NCBI GenBank assembly: GCA_951406725.2
Contig: OX597823.1
Location: forward strand, 16,864,001-16,928,000
From: Octopus vulgaris
Lineage: Eukaryota
Length of the DNA: 64,000 bases
Direction of reading: 5' to 3'
Below the pieces are notes generated by a model. It did not search any database, was not told the origin of the DNA, and saw only the letters and a list, made by a program, of their open reading frames with translations. Positions within the stretch are counted from its first letter, which is position 1, and each line of letters begins with the position of its first letter. The position numbers and the translations under genes are program-made. This document shows positions 12,576-25,510 of this stretch, piece after piece.

Positions 12576-12834
12576 AGCATTTCGCTTAGATTTTGGTCAG
12601 TGAGCAGCTATTCTCAAAGTGAAGGTGAAGCTGTTAAGAATAAATATAATAAATAAGGGTAACTGTCGCCAAAACGAGGACAAAAGCCCCACGGTTTTAT
12701 TTTTCGACTTTTTTTTTCACCTTTTACTTGTTTCAGTCATTAGACTGCGGCTGTGCTGAGGCACCGCCTTGAAGAATTTTTAGTTGCAGAAAAATCAGCA
12801 TTTTAAAATTAAAATTTTAAGTCTTAAGGGGAGT

Positions 12835-13225
12835 GGGGGAGAGGCCTCGGAAAATTCACATCGGGAATTTCCGAAAGCGTCTGAGGGGCTGACCCGGGCA
12901 CCAAAACAAAAAAAAATAGTGTAATATATGTAAAACAACTTGTTCTAAACGAATATGACAAAAAAAAACGCGCACTAGGGGAGAGGCCTCGGAAAATTTA
13001 CATCGGGAATTTCCGAAAGCGTCTGACCCGGGCACAAAAACAAAAACAAAAATAGCGTAATAGGTGTAAAACAACTTGCTCTAAACGACTATGATGAAAA
13101 AAATGCGCGCTCGCGAAAGGGGGGTGGGGAAGAGGCTTCGGAAATTTCACATCTTCAGTCCACGGTCTTTAAACTAAGAAAAAATAGTGTAATTGGTGTA
13201 AAACTACTTGTTCTAAACGATTATC
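12835..13225. repeat. Tandem repeat, ~145 bp x ~3
   Basis: ggggagaggcctcggaaaatt...acttgttctaaacga recurs at ~12835, ~12978 and ~13125. Confidence 0.8.
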
Positions 13226-13488
13226 AAGAACACACACTTCAAACAATATGTACATCGAGTAGTAAAGACTCTCGTGTCCGGTTATTCCATTCTACTTATT
13301 TATTTTCCATTGAATATATTTTGTTTCCTTCAAAATTGGAATTTTGGAAAATAAAAGCTTTTTGTCTTTTTTTTTTTTTTTACAACTGTGATTTCCGTTG
13401 TTGTTTACGTGAAATGAAAAAAAAACATCAAGATTTGGCTGTTATTTCTAGCCTGTGGAGAGACCTTCTAGGCTTAACTTCATGCACT

Positions 13489-15825
13489 GAACAGGAAACT
13501 GCCAATTAAATATCTAATTAACAAAAGAGACAGTGAAGCCGTTGGAGTTGCAAGATACAACTGTAAATGTAGATTATGCCATATTTCTTTGAAAGACATC
13601 ACACACGTGATTAACAACGGCCCAAAAATGTCAGCGAGTTATTACCCCATTATGCAATATGTATGTATGTTATATGCGTGTATGTGTACTCAAGGCTTCC
13701 TTCAGTTTCTGTGCACCAAATCCTTTAACAAGGCTTTGTTGGCTACAAGAAAGGCATCCAGTCATACAGAATCTGCCCCAGTAGATTCTCTCTGAGCCAT
13801 GATGCAAGCAAGTGAAAGTGGATGGTGAAGAGAAGTTAATATGTGCACACAGACACACACATACACTCATGCAGTTTCCTTTGTTGACACGGTGACATTG
13901 GTCATCTCAAGGCTAAAGTAGATGACACTTATCCAAGGTGTCACACAGTGGGACTGAACTCAAAACCAAGTGGTTGGGAAACAAACTTCTTTACTGCACA
14001 GCCAGGCCTCTGACTATGAATTGATGGTGATGCTTATAGCACTCAGGAAGATCATTCAACCAACCTGCCCACGTCCTCTCCTCAACCCTTACCACATGCC
14101 TTAACTTGTCTCATAATCAGCCAACCAGTGAGGGGGGCACCGGTCCCTCTGTGACCGCCATGGGACTTCAGGACTGGCCTCAGTTCCTGGCATGTTGCTG
14201 CTGGCTTTGTCCTCTTGTCCATTATTGTTGGCCCCATCTACCTGCACATATCTAAAACATGTCGTGGCATGCCATCAACAGACACATTGTTCCTAGAATT
14301 CACAGAGGTTATTGTCCCCTTTTCCCACTATGATGTGCACCGTGCATTTGGGGGTTGACTTCTTCCCTGACTTGCACAAAGGCATGCTCTTTCTCTTCTG
14401 CAGGATGCGGCGATGCAGTACATGGATGTCTCCACTCATACTTGAATATTGCCCTGTGTGGCACTGACTCCTCAGCCTGTCCTGTCCTGGGTGACATATT
14501 ATACCAGGCAGAGTATCCAAAGAATAGTTGGGAGTTGTGACAGGTGTATATTGGAGTTGAAAAATGGATGTAACCATGGCATTCTGCTGATCTGATGAGC
14601 AAGCCTTCTATACCTGCATTTGTTTGTCAAATGTACAATAGTACTATGTAATTTATAACATGCACAAAAGTGCAGACACGTAAAATATTTTATTATACAC
14701 TAAAGTAAATCATTTCCTCATGATGTTGTTTGTGAAACGATTGTCATCCTATGGATATCAACTGGTGACATAAATATCTCCATCTCATATCTCCTGACTT
14801 TCCTGATATTCTATATATATGTATGTATGTATGTTTCTATCTATTGTTCAGTTATAAAAAATCTTTGTCATAACTGCCAGACGATGTATTATAAAAGCTA
14901 AGATGCAATAATATTGTCCAAACATTAAAAAATATATCCCCAGATCTCTGTCAGACTTTCAGTTTTGTTGATGTATTCAAAAAAAAAAAAAAACCCAAAA
15001 AACCTAAGAATTTGAAGTCCCAAGAATTTTATCCTTTTTCTTTACAGTTTGTAAATACAGTTAAACAGAAGAAAATAAAGAAATTAATAATACTCCTGTC
15101 TACAAACATTTAGAAATTCTAATCAACACTGTTTACAAAAGATTTCAAGAATATAAGGAAAGTTACCATTTGTCAAGAATATCCAATTCGTTCCATCTAC
15201 TGCCATGCTAGTTCTATCCTATTGCAGTATTTTATTCTTTGTTTTACCTCATTTCTTTTGTAAGTTCTCTTATTTATTTATTTCTGCAATCATTATGTAT
15301 GGCTGTGTATAATGAAGAGGTTTGTTTTCAGGTCAGTTTCTACTGTATGGTACCCTGGATTAGGGTCTTGTACAACAGTCTCAGGTCAGCTAAAATCTAA
15401 AGTGTGGAACTGGATAGTTGGGGATTCTGTGGTAGCCTGTTGTAGAGTTCATTTCTGTTCCTGTTCTTGGGTGGTTGACCTTATCTATCACTTGGTTTAA
15501 TCTTTTTGATCCCAAACCACATAGTAACGTCACTCCTGGTTGAATCATAGACATTCCCTGTTTTAAATTCATCTGAAGTAAAACCTGCCATCAAAATCTC
15601 ATGTCATGTTCCAAACATTTGCTTCATAATGACAAAGTTATTTAAATGAATTCTTCACAACTTCCAAAATTAATAGACAATGGCAGTGCATTTCAACAGA
15701 AATATGGTAGCTCAAAGTTTAATGCTATTGCAGAATTCCCGTACTGCAGTCATTTGAACTTGGTTTTCCCATTTAAAGGGAGCTTGTTTGCACCATTCTT
15801 TGTGAGGTTCTATGATGACAGAACA
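13489..15825. repeat. Right arm of inverted segmental duplication (partner 242-2797)
   Basis: See left arm; lacks the 349-569 MITE. Confidence 0.97.
15205..15259 (+). CDS. Membrane protein coding exon 1, signal peptide (full exon 15048-15259 incl. 5' UTR)
   Basis: gccATG; MLVLSYCSILFFVLPHFF + T|gtaagt (phase 1); acceptor ctttttctttacag at 15047. Splicing to 18545 gives ...FFYTQA-RKW, a plausible signal peptidase site. Confidence 0.72.
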
Positions 15826-16208
15826 GGAAATGTGTCAAGCCCAACAGGAAACAGTATTTCCTAGGGCTACACAACAGTAGCATTCTTCCCTTTCATGGGA
15901 CTGTCACATTAAGTTGACAACATGCTATCACCTTATCATGCTGCTACTGCATGAATCTCTCTCAGAGATTTAGTATTTTTCAACTCTTTTTTCTAGTAAC
16001 ACTGGTACTTTGTGTACCCTCAATTATAATTAATAATTTATTATAAATTTCTACACACACATATTTATATGCACAGGTGTGTCTGTGTAGTAAGAAGCTT
16101 GTTTCCCAACCATATGGTTCCAGGTTCAGTCTCACTATGTGGCACCTATAGCTTCAGGCTGACCAGTGCCTTGTGAGTATATATATATCTGAATATATTT
16201 ATATTGTA

Positions 16209-17058
16209 CTAGCAGTATCCGCACAAAGTTTTTAGGACAGGTATCTTATAGTCGTGATTCATATCGAGCCCTTCTGGGTATTAGCGCGCGTCTACGATGA
16301 GTCTACGAATTTACAAATAATTTACCATCATTTTTTTCCATTTTAATGCATTTTTTAAAAATAAAGTGAATGGTTACCTCTATGGAGTGAATGGTTACCT
16401 CTATGGAAATATATACACACACATTATACATAGAAGTAACTCTCAAACTTCACACCAATATGCGTGCTCATATGCGACGTAATATCACATCAGCAGCATT
16501 TCCTCACACCCTCCTTGCACTTGGCGAAGGCAAAATACCAGGGGATGAAAATGGTAATATTGCCATCGATTCCATTTGTACCATTGTTAAGACGCCTTCT
16601 GATCTCAGAGATGCAGTGTTCCCAGATCTACAAGCTAATTATCAGAATATGGATTGGATTGGCAAAAAGGCTATACTGGCCCCGAGGAATAAAACTGTTC
16701 ACCATATTAATGATAAAATGCTAAAACTCATTCCTGGGGAAGTCTATGTATATCAGTCTATCGATACAACTCCTGACCCAGAGGATGTCATCAACTATCC
16801 AATAGAGGTACTCAATTCCTTTGAGCACCCCGGACTACCACCACACTTTCTCAAATTTAAAGTTGGTGCCCCTATAATGCTCATCAGAAATTTGGTTCCC
16901 CCCAAAACAATGCAATGGCACACGTTTGATCGTTAAGTCCTTATCTCCCACCGTAAGCTTATATCAATATTTGCCTGAATAATCATCATAATTCAGTGCA
17001 ATCATTAACAGTACACTCAAGCAATTCAGCCCCGAGCAACGCCGGGCAATTCTGCTAG
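16209..17058 (+). mobile_element. Internally deleted Helitron carrying a Pif1-like helicase fragment
   Basis: ORF 16391-16936 has AILAPRN and GLPPHFLKFKVGAPIMLIRNL, then CNGTRL after a frameshift. Ends cccgagcaacgccggg...CTAG at 17058; 16240-16360 matches the non-autonomous copies. Confidence 0.93.
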
Positions 17059-17070
17059 TATATATATATA

Positions 17071-17233
17071 GGCACAGGAGTGGCTGTGTGGTAAGTAGCT
17101 TGCTAACCAACCACATGGTTCCGGGTTCAGTCCCACTGCCTGGCATCTTGGGCAAGTGTCTTCTGCTATAGCCCCGGGCCGACAAACGCCTTGTGAGTGG
17201 ATTTGGTAGACGGAAACTGAAAGAAGCCTGTCG

Positions 17234-17272
<39 letters not shown>

Positions 17273-17480
17273 TTGTGTGTCTGTGTTTGTGCCCCTAGCA
17301 TTGTTTGACAACCGATGCTGGTGTGTTTATGTCCCCATCACTTAGCGGTTCGGCAAAAGAGACCGATAGAATAAGTACTGGGCTTACAAAGAATAAGTCC
17401 CGGGGTCGATTTGCTCGACTAAAGGCGGTGCTCCAGCATGGCTGCAGTCAAATGACTGAAACAAGTAAAAGAGTAAAGAG
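17071..17480 (+). mobile_element. tRNA-derived SINE, family 2 (degenerate second 3' half to ~17780)
   Basis: Full-length match to 9918-10310. Confidence 0.9.
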
Positions 17481-18544
17481 AATACACACACACACATACA
17501 CATACACACACACACACAGACAGACTGACAAACACATATGTATGTATCTGTGTGTGTGTGTCTTTTTGTCTGTTTGTCTCCCCCCACCCCACAAGCTTGG
17601 CAACCAGTGTTGCTGTGTTTGTGTCCCCATAACTTAGCAGTTTGGCAAAGAGATCAATAGAATAAGTAGCAGGCTTAAAGGAAAATTAAAGGAAAATTGG
17701 GTTAATTCGTTCGATTAGAAATTCTTCAAGGTGGTGCCCCAGCATGGCCACAGTCTAGTGACTGAAACAAGTAAAACATAAAAGCTATGTGCATGTGTGT
17801 TTGCTGCCTTTGTTGTGACCTCTCGTGATGACTGTAAACAAGCATCACCATCATAAAGGCAGTGTCCCTTGTTACCAGTTTTATGGAAAAAGGTGAGGGT
17901 TGGTGACAGGAACAGCATCTAGTTGTAGAAAATCTGCCTCAACAAATTCCGCCTGACCCATGCAAGCATGGGAAAGGTAGATATTGAAATGATGATAATG
18001 ATGTTCCATTTCAGAAATTGCTTATGGTTTTGTTGTGAGCTTCCTGGCTTCTACTCTGTTTTTCCTTCTTTCATGTTAGCATTGATGGAATGGATATTGA
18101 AATGTAAAAGAGAAAAGCAGAGAAATACTGGCCATAATGATAAAGTAATTCTTTCCACTGCATTAGCATCAGGCATTCTGTCATGAAACTAGAGTGGTTG
18201 TTGTAGAGAAAAATGATTTAAAAAATAAAGCAAATAGATTTATTCATGAACAAAACATATATAAAGAAAAAAAACATAGTTTCTTGAAAGTAAATGTTTG
18301 AAGAGTTCCAACTGACAATAATTATTCAGATTTTGGTGTTTTTTTCAAAAAAAAATTCCAATATTATACACTAGTTTTTTTGGCATAACTAGGGTGGTGC
18401 CCCAGCATGGCCACAGTCTGGCTGAAATTGGTAATAAATTACTAGAGAGGAGAAGAATAGAATAACTATTCACATTATAAATATTTTAAAGATGTTTTAA
18501 AAATAATTGATAAACATTTTTCATTTTTTCAAATTATTTGTCAG

Positions 18545-18741
18545 ATACCCAGGCCAGAAAATGGGATGTGGAAATTTGTTACACCGAGGCACATAAGTCT
18601 TCAGTTCACCTTATTTTGAACGGGGATACATATACAAACATAACATGTCCAAACGAGGACAACTGCTTCACAACTGAAATTGACTTGGTCAACGACACAA
18701 GACCACATTCTATTGACATTCGTCCATCTACGGAGTTCCAG
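18545..18741 (+). CDS. Coding exon 2 (module 1, long exon)
   Basis: ttatttgtcag| ... CAG|gtaaat; phase 1 to 0; TQARKWDVEICY...RPSTEFQ. Confidence 0.82.
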
Positions 18742-18753
18742 GTAAATTAGAAT

Positions 18754-18793
<40 letters not shown>

Positions 18794-18959
18794 AGATTTT
18801 ATTACACCTGTTTCATCAAGAATTATGGTATTTTAAAAGAAATAAGCTGAAACAGGTAATTAATGTGTTTTATATGCAGTATGTTCCCATTAAATTTCAC
18901 AATAATTTGTGGGGGGTTTTTTCCAAGAAGAATTTGGTGTAATGGTGAACAGTGAATGG

Positions 18960-20393
18960 CTTAAATAAATTTTTATTTACTCTAACTGAGAAAACTTCTG
19001 GAAATAACTTTTATTTTCCATTTCAACCTCTCAGCTGCATTTGAACTTTTGACAGAACCAACAATATTTCCACCCAAAACACTTTTAGGTGCATTCCACA
19101 ATTTGAATACTTCCATCCACTCTGTGCCAAATAGATTAACTGAAATTTTTAACATATATATTTTTGCTATTTTCATTTGGTCACAAAATGTCACATCACA
19201 CAAATTCATTTACAAAATACAATCTTTTACCCATAACACCATCTGCTACTTTTGTAGATTTACTTAATTTCAGTTTACTGATACACTTCCAAGTTTCTTC
19301 ATTCATTCTTCATTCATTCTTCTTTCAGTGTCTAACTGCATTTTTACTCTTAGATTTTCAATTTTCACATTTACATATTTCCTCTTTGTTACATTATTTT
19401 TTTCTTTGATGACATATTCTTTACGCTTTGTTCCAATGTTTTGTCATCTTGGTTTTACAGTGTATGTGTCCAATTTTTCCTCAACAGAAACATTCACCTT
19501 TTTAAATGGGCAGTTTTTTTCTCAAGTGTAGACCGTCACATGCAAAACATGGCTTTGTTCCTTGATTTTTGTCCTGTTTGAACTGTACTTTAATACACAC
19601 TTGATTTCTATTCTGGCTATTTTGCACTTGTTTCACTTGGGAGCAATCTTTATGTTCAATTTGCTCTCTTTTACTATTCTTTCACACTCTTCTGACACTT
19701 GTTGTAAGGTTACAGCTTGGTTTTGTTCCAACCTAGTGACAATTCTTGTTGTAACTTCTGTGTCTTTCCCTGCAGTTAGTCCCTGAATAAATATCAGGCA
19801 CTTGAATATATCTGGCGTTAATTTGTCCAGTTTAAACTTTTCACATTCTCTGTTAATTCTATGTGATGTAGTCCTCTTCATTCTTTTCTAGGTTCAAACA
19901 TTTCCAGCATGTAGTGAAGAATGAGCTTTTCTCACTAGAAATTTTACACAGTATGTCTTTTGTATCCAGAAGGGTTTCTCGGGAGTATATAATTACTATA
20001 ATGCACTGCTGCTGCCAGTTTTCTTAAGATAAGATGCATTTTCATATCGTCGTCCCAAACTTTGCACTCTTTATTGAAGATTTGTTTGTATCTTCTGTAG
20101 TATGCTTTGAAGGTAACTCCTTTGTCTGGTTCATTCTTAAACTTCGTTGTTCAATTTGCAACATAATCTAGCGGGAACATCTTCTCAACATTTTTAGACA
20201 ACTTCATTAATTGCAGCATTTGTTGCTGTTGCCCTTGCAGTTGTAGCTGCTGCTGTTATTGTTCTTTCAGTTGTTGTTGCTCTTTTAGCAATTCAAGCAA
20301 ACTGGCCAACAACTTTACCATGATTTTACGATTTTGTATACCATAAAATTTGCACAAAATACTTTTGTGAGCTTGTTAATTCCTCATCGCCAC
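18960..20393 (-). mobile_element. Gypsy (Mag-like) LTR retrotransposon remnant, gag-protease region
   Basis: PBS-like TGGCGATGAG (rc 20383-20392); gag fragments FKCLIFIQGL, RLEQNQAVTLQQVSEEC and a CCHC-like CFAC...HLRKNC. Confidence 0.8.
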
Positions 20394-20396
20394 TAT

Positions 20397-20580
20397 TGTA
20401 ATCCTTTGTCAGACTGTTGTAATGTCCAGAGCATTAAAGCAGCATAGTTAGTTAGACAAGGCCACGACTATCTATGACTGTCTACTTTTGTACTCTCTGC
20501 TACACTGACACTAACTGACAGTATTTATAATGACAGCCACATACCACTCATCACGTTGGGGGGATATAATCTCCATAACA
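20397..20580 (-). mobile_element. Putative 5' LTR (TG...CA)
   Basis: Minus strand TGTTATGG...ATTACA directly upstream of the PBS. Confidence 0.6.
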
Positions 20581-21589
20581 GGTATACATCCCACTTTTCT
20601 TTAAGCTTAAGGGCTTAGCCAAAACCTTCTTTGCCATCATAGACTCTAACTTTCCATATCACCATAAATATAGTTTGATCTTCAGCAGATCTACTCTAAA
20701 GTTATCCCATTCATCCCTGCCTAATATGGAATATAAATCATAGCAGTGGTAGTACTAGCATTGACCCAAATAGACAAAGCCTTGCCTATAACCCTAACAC
20801 TAAAATTAATATAAGCCTTGATATAGACAGCCTCTTTTCTGATGATGGTGGAAGTGTGATTGGGAATAAAAATAATAATAACAACAGCAGCAAGTATTAA
20901 CTGCACAAACACCAACACCAGCTTCAACGATGCCAACACAAATACCAACAACAATGGTAGTAACATCAACAGAAACTATTGCCAACACCTAAACATGGAG
21001 ACATATCGGATGTTTCAGTAACACATTCAAACAGCACTTCTCCAACCACAAATCCTCTTTCAGGATCCCAGAAAGGAGATATGCTTCATCCTTAGCCAGT
21101 CATGCATGGTGGCTGAAAGACCCCACACATAACATTAGGGAGGATCCTAGAAACTCCAGGTCATTACATAAATGGGACCAAGCACTGTAAACTGTGCATA
21201 GCCAAATAGATGAGAATATTAAAAGGACTCCCTTGATATAGGGAATATCCTTAAATCTAGGATAGTGGTCTTTGGACCCTGCATGCATTTCAGGAAATTC
21301 TTGCTGGTGTCCTGGGATCTACATGCCAACATGGTCAGTTAATTAGCAGTCAAAGCAAGACAATCACTGGTTGTTGAATAATGATGTCCTTTCCTCCTCC
21401 ATTTTCTAGAGAAGCCATAGGCCAACGGATTTTAGGGTCTGAAGAAACACTGTAAAGCTAAGCGCTTTATGGATGTGAAACCCAGGCTAACCCCATAGAC
21501 TGGCCATGTCTATCTGTCTGTCTGTCCCATAATCATCATCATCATCAATACATACATAAATACATCCATACATATACATATATATATCA

Positions 21590-23160
21590 TCATCATCATT
21601 TAATATCCGTTGTCCAATGTGGCATGAGTTGGATGATTTGACCAGAACAGGCAAGCTAGAAGCTGCACCAGACTCCAGTCTGATTTAGCTTGGTTTCAAT
21701 AGCTGGATGCCCTTCCTAATGTCAACAGTATTGTGTCAGATACTGGTGTCATTCACATGACACCAGTATCTGACACAATTATGATTTCACTTGGCAAAAT
21801 GTCAAGAGTCTTGGTCATTCATCATTGCCTCTATGAGACCCAACACTTGAAAGATGCTTTTTATGTGTCACTGACATTGGCCATCTTGCCTCGGTGAGGC
21901 CCAATGCTTGAAATGTCTTTTTTATGTGTCACCAGCACAGGTGCCAGTTACACAACACCAGCAATGGCCATAATCACAATTTCACATGACTTGATGGGTC
22001 TTCTGAAGCACAGCATTTCACCAAAGGTCCTTGTCACTAGTCACTGCCTCCGTGAGGCCTAAAGTTCGAAGACCACCTCATCCCATGTCTTCCTGGATCC
22101 ACCTCTACCATAGGTTCCCTCCACAATTAGAGATTGTTGCTTCTTTCCACAGCTATCTTCATCCATACACATCACATCACAGTCATCTCTCTTGCACACC
22201 ACATCCAGTGCCTCTTATGCCCAACATTTCTCTCAAGTTGCTTACACTCTGTTGAACATGCACACTTGTGTTGCACATCCAGTGAAGCATACTGGCTTCA
22301 TTTGTTTCAAGCCAACACATGTCCTCAACTGTCACAGCCCATGTTTCACTGCCATGCAGCATGGCTATTCACATACAGGCATCATACAATCTGAGAAAGA
22401 AGTCTTTGTTGCTAGCAGATGTAGAAGCTCTCTGAACTTTGTCCTGCCTAATCTTATTCTCACAGCTATGCTCTCGGAGCATCCACCTCTGCTACTAACT
22501 TGGTCACCTAAATAATGGAAGCTTACACGCCTGGCAGTTGATAGAGTCAATTTTCTGTATTTATTGTTCCCATGCATCTTCTGATATTTTTGCACCACTT
22601 ATATGTCTATGACTTACACTCAGAACATATTATGGAGTTTCTACGTATCTCTTTCCTACAGATCAAGCAGGTCCATCTACCTGAAGGGATTTGTAATTTG
22701 TCTGCCTTCCTACTTACTAATGCTTTGGTTTTTGCTAGGTTAACTCAAAGACCCTTCAATTCTAGACCTTGCTTCATACCTCTTCTCTAGTTCTGGTAAT
22801 GATTCAGCAATAAGACCAAGGTCATCAGAATAGAGGAACTCTCAGAGGCAGCCTATCTTCCTCTGTTATTGCCTGGAGAACTATGATGAACAAGAGAGGC
22901 CTGAGGACCAATCTTTGGTTAACCTCTACTTGTACCCTGAAATCTTCACTGTACTCATTGCCAACCCTCACCTTACTGACAGCATCCCTGTACATGGTTT
23001 GTACAGCTCTCACCAGCCATTCATTGGAAACTATCCCTAGTTTCCATATTGACCATCTGATGAGGGATCAGGGGACCTTGTCAAAGGCTTTCTCTAAGTC
23101 AACAAAAGCCAAGTACAAAGATTTTATCTTTGGCTACATATTTCTCCTGCAGCTGCCTTA
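21590..23160 (-). mobile_element. RTE-clade LINE remnant with (GAT)n tail
   Basis: FVDLEKAFDKV, RAVQTMYRDAVSKVRVGNEYSEDFRVQV..QRLVLRPLLFIIVL, YLGD; 3' UTR shared with other copies. Confidence 0.88.
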
Positions 23161-23429
23161 GGAACTTCATAGGCATAACCAGTGTAAGCTGTGTTATGAG
23201 AACTGCTTTTCTAAGGCCATGAAGAATTGTCTCAGGATACTGGTGGTGATTTGCAATGTCAATGGTGCATTATATCAGACTACTTGCTTTAATCTACCAC
23301 TCTGTTTCTTAGAATTACTACATTCTTCACTATTCCTCTTCATGCTTTTGTCATGGGCTAGTCAGCTTGTATTAAAAATAAATCTTATATGGGCGATTAT
23401 TGCACACCACGCTTCCTATCTTCCACCTC

Positions 23430-24510
23430 TTGCTGGTGATTAACATTATACCTACCATATTTGGGAGGTTGTGAAGATTTAGCAGTCAATTTACTTGAAC
23501 TAATGTTACTCGGTTGTCTCTTACTTTTATGTTTGTTTCACTTATCTTTCTTTCTGTTGGTTAAGGGTGTTTCTGTGTCCATTGTCCCAACTACACCACC
23601 TGTGAGTCACCAGAATCATAATTTGTCCATTGTAACATTATTATCTTTGACTGAATCACTACTATTTGGGATGTATTTAATTTCTTCTTGGTAACCTACT
23701 TCAGCTGCAGCTGGGTTATATCACCCATGTTGTTTAAAAATTTCTTTCCTAGTTAAAAGCTTAGAAATTCTAATTGAGACTGCCTTAATTATCGAGTTTA
23801 CAATGCATTTCGGATGATTTGAGTTGTGGCTTATGTACTTAAGGTTGTCACTGAGTTTGTGAAATGGGAGATGCAGTTCAGAAATGAGGTCAAGGGTAAT
23901 ATCTAAAATTTGTTTTCACTTTACTATGATCCTTCTCTACAGAGATAGAAAATCCAGATCTATTTTAAAATTGCAAAAGATTTTCCTTATACTGTTCAAC
24001 TTTATTTTTGCTACAATTACAGATAGTGAATAATGCTTCATCCCAGTATAATCCTTCTCACAATTTCAAGAAACTCTCCATTTAGGTCCTTTAAAATGTA
24101 TATTTTTACAAAATCTGTCAACTGTGCAGAGTTGCTTGATCCCACAGTGATATTAAAATTATTTAGTTCTATCCTTCCTTGTCGAATATTTTCTCTCGTA
24201 TTTAGTAATTGCTTTTGTAGCTTCTAATATGATGTCAATTTCACTCCAAGATAATATAGAGTTTTACCTTGCAAAAATGATTGCCTTATTTCATCGGACA
24301 TGGCCGATGGATGCATAGTAGTTAGTGATATCTATTTGAAAGAATCTAGTAGTTTTCTTATTCTAAATATCATTAAACCATTTCAGGATCCCCAAAGAAT
24401 TTGTTTATACACCCCATTTAATCATTTCCCTAAGCATGTGTAAATATCTGTCTATTATTGATTAATCTCTCAAAGTTTGATCTGGAGGGGCATATGAGAA
24501 TGGCTGTGGA
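23430..24510 (-). mobile_element. Penelope-like element RT remnant
   Basis: LDITLDL...KYISHNSNHPKCIVNSIIKAVSIRISKL resembles the Penelope RT thumb (S.HP motif). Confidence 0.6.
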
Positions 24511-24601
24511 ATTAGGTGTAAAGTTTGTCCAAAGGTCTTTCAACATGAAACAGTTTATAACATTTTGCTCTGCCTTCTCCCTGTGTGTGTGTGTCTAGTA
24601 A

Positions 24602-24865
24602 AGGCAGGTGGCTAGTGGTTAGAATATTCAGCTCACTGTCATAAGGTTATGAGTTCGATTCCTGGTGGCACATTCAGTCCTTGAGCAAGACACTTTATTT
24701 CACATTGCTCCAGTCTACTCAGTTGGCAAAAATTGAGTAGTGCCTGTATTTGAAAGGGACCATCCTTTTCACATTCTGTGTCACACTGAATCTCCCTGAC
24801 AACTATGTTAAGAGTATGTATATCTGTGGAATACTCAGCCACTTGCACATTAATCTCACAAGCAT
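24602..24865 (+). mobile_element. Degenerate SINE, family 1
   Basis: gagttcgattcc B box; ctgtgtcacactgaatctccc...ctcagccacttgcacattaat matches the 3477 copy. Confidence 0.75.
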
Positions 24866-25149
24866 GGAGAGCCAGTGTGTGTGTATGTGTGTGTGTGTGT
24901 GTGTGTATAAAGGCACAGGGATTGGTGTATGCTTAAAAAGTGGGCTCATATGGTTTTCAATTCATCTCTCAATGTGGCACCTTAGGCAAGTATTTTCTAT
25001 TAAACCCCTTGGCTGACCAAGATTTTTTTGTGAGTGGATTTCGGAGGCAGAAGCTGAAAGAAGCTGGTTTAATATGTGTGTGGGTGTGTGTGTGAGGACA
25101 CTATTCCACACTGGTCTGTACTGGCCGTTCACTACAAATGTTTTATTGT

Positions 25150-25385
25150 CACCATGATCATCATTACCATCAGCATTATCATCCCCATCATCATCATCAT
25201 CATCATCACTCTCATCATGAACATTATCGTCACCAACACAACCATTACCACCATCCCCACCACCACTTCCAACACTACCACTACCATCCTCATCACCTCC
25301 ACCATCATCATCACCACTACAACCACCATCAGCACCACCATCATCATTACCAATGCAACCATCATAATCATCATCATCATCATGA
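25150..25385. repeat. (CAT/CAC)n compound microsatellite
   Basis: Read directly. Confidence 0.95.
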
Positions 25386-25422
25386 AACTATTTTAAATTC
25401 CTGCACTGATCTTCTATTGTAG

Positions 25423-25510
25423 ATGGTTATTGAAAATAAAGATCTTGAAGAAGCGTATGGTGTTCTGTGCGAAGCACCATGTCCAGGAGCTAAAATGACA
25501 TTATCAAATT
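25423..25510 (+). CDS. Coding exon 3 (module 1, short exon)
   Basis: cttctattgtag| ... T|gtaaga; phase 0 to 1; MVIENKDLEEAYGVLCEAPCPGAKMTLSN. Confidence 0.8.

Noticed and set aside
15312-15500. Duplicated 62-aa ORF (also 792-980) as a small gene or extra exon
   Set aside because: Its conservation is explained by the duplication, and direct splicing 15259>18545 already gives a good signal peptide. A small exon near 15332-15384 cannot be fully excluded.
16391-16936. Host PIF1 gene
   Set aside because: Partial, frameshifted, and bounded by Helitron sequence ending in hairpin + CTAG.
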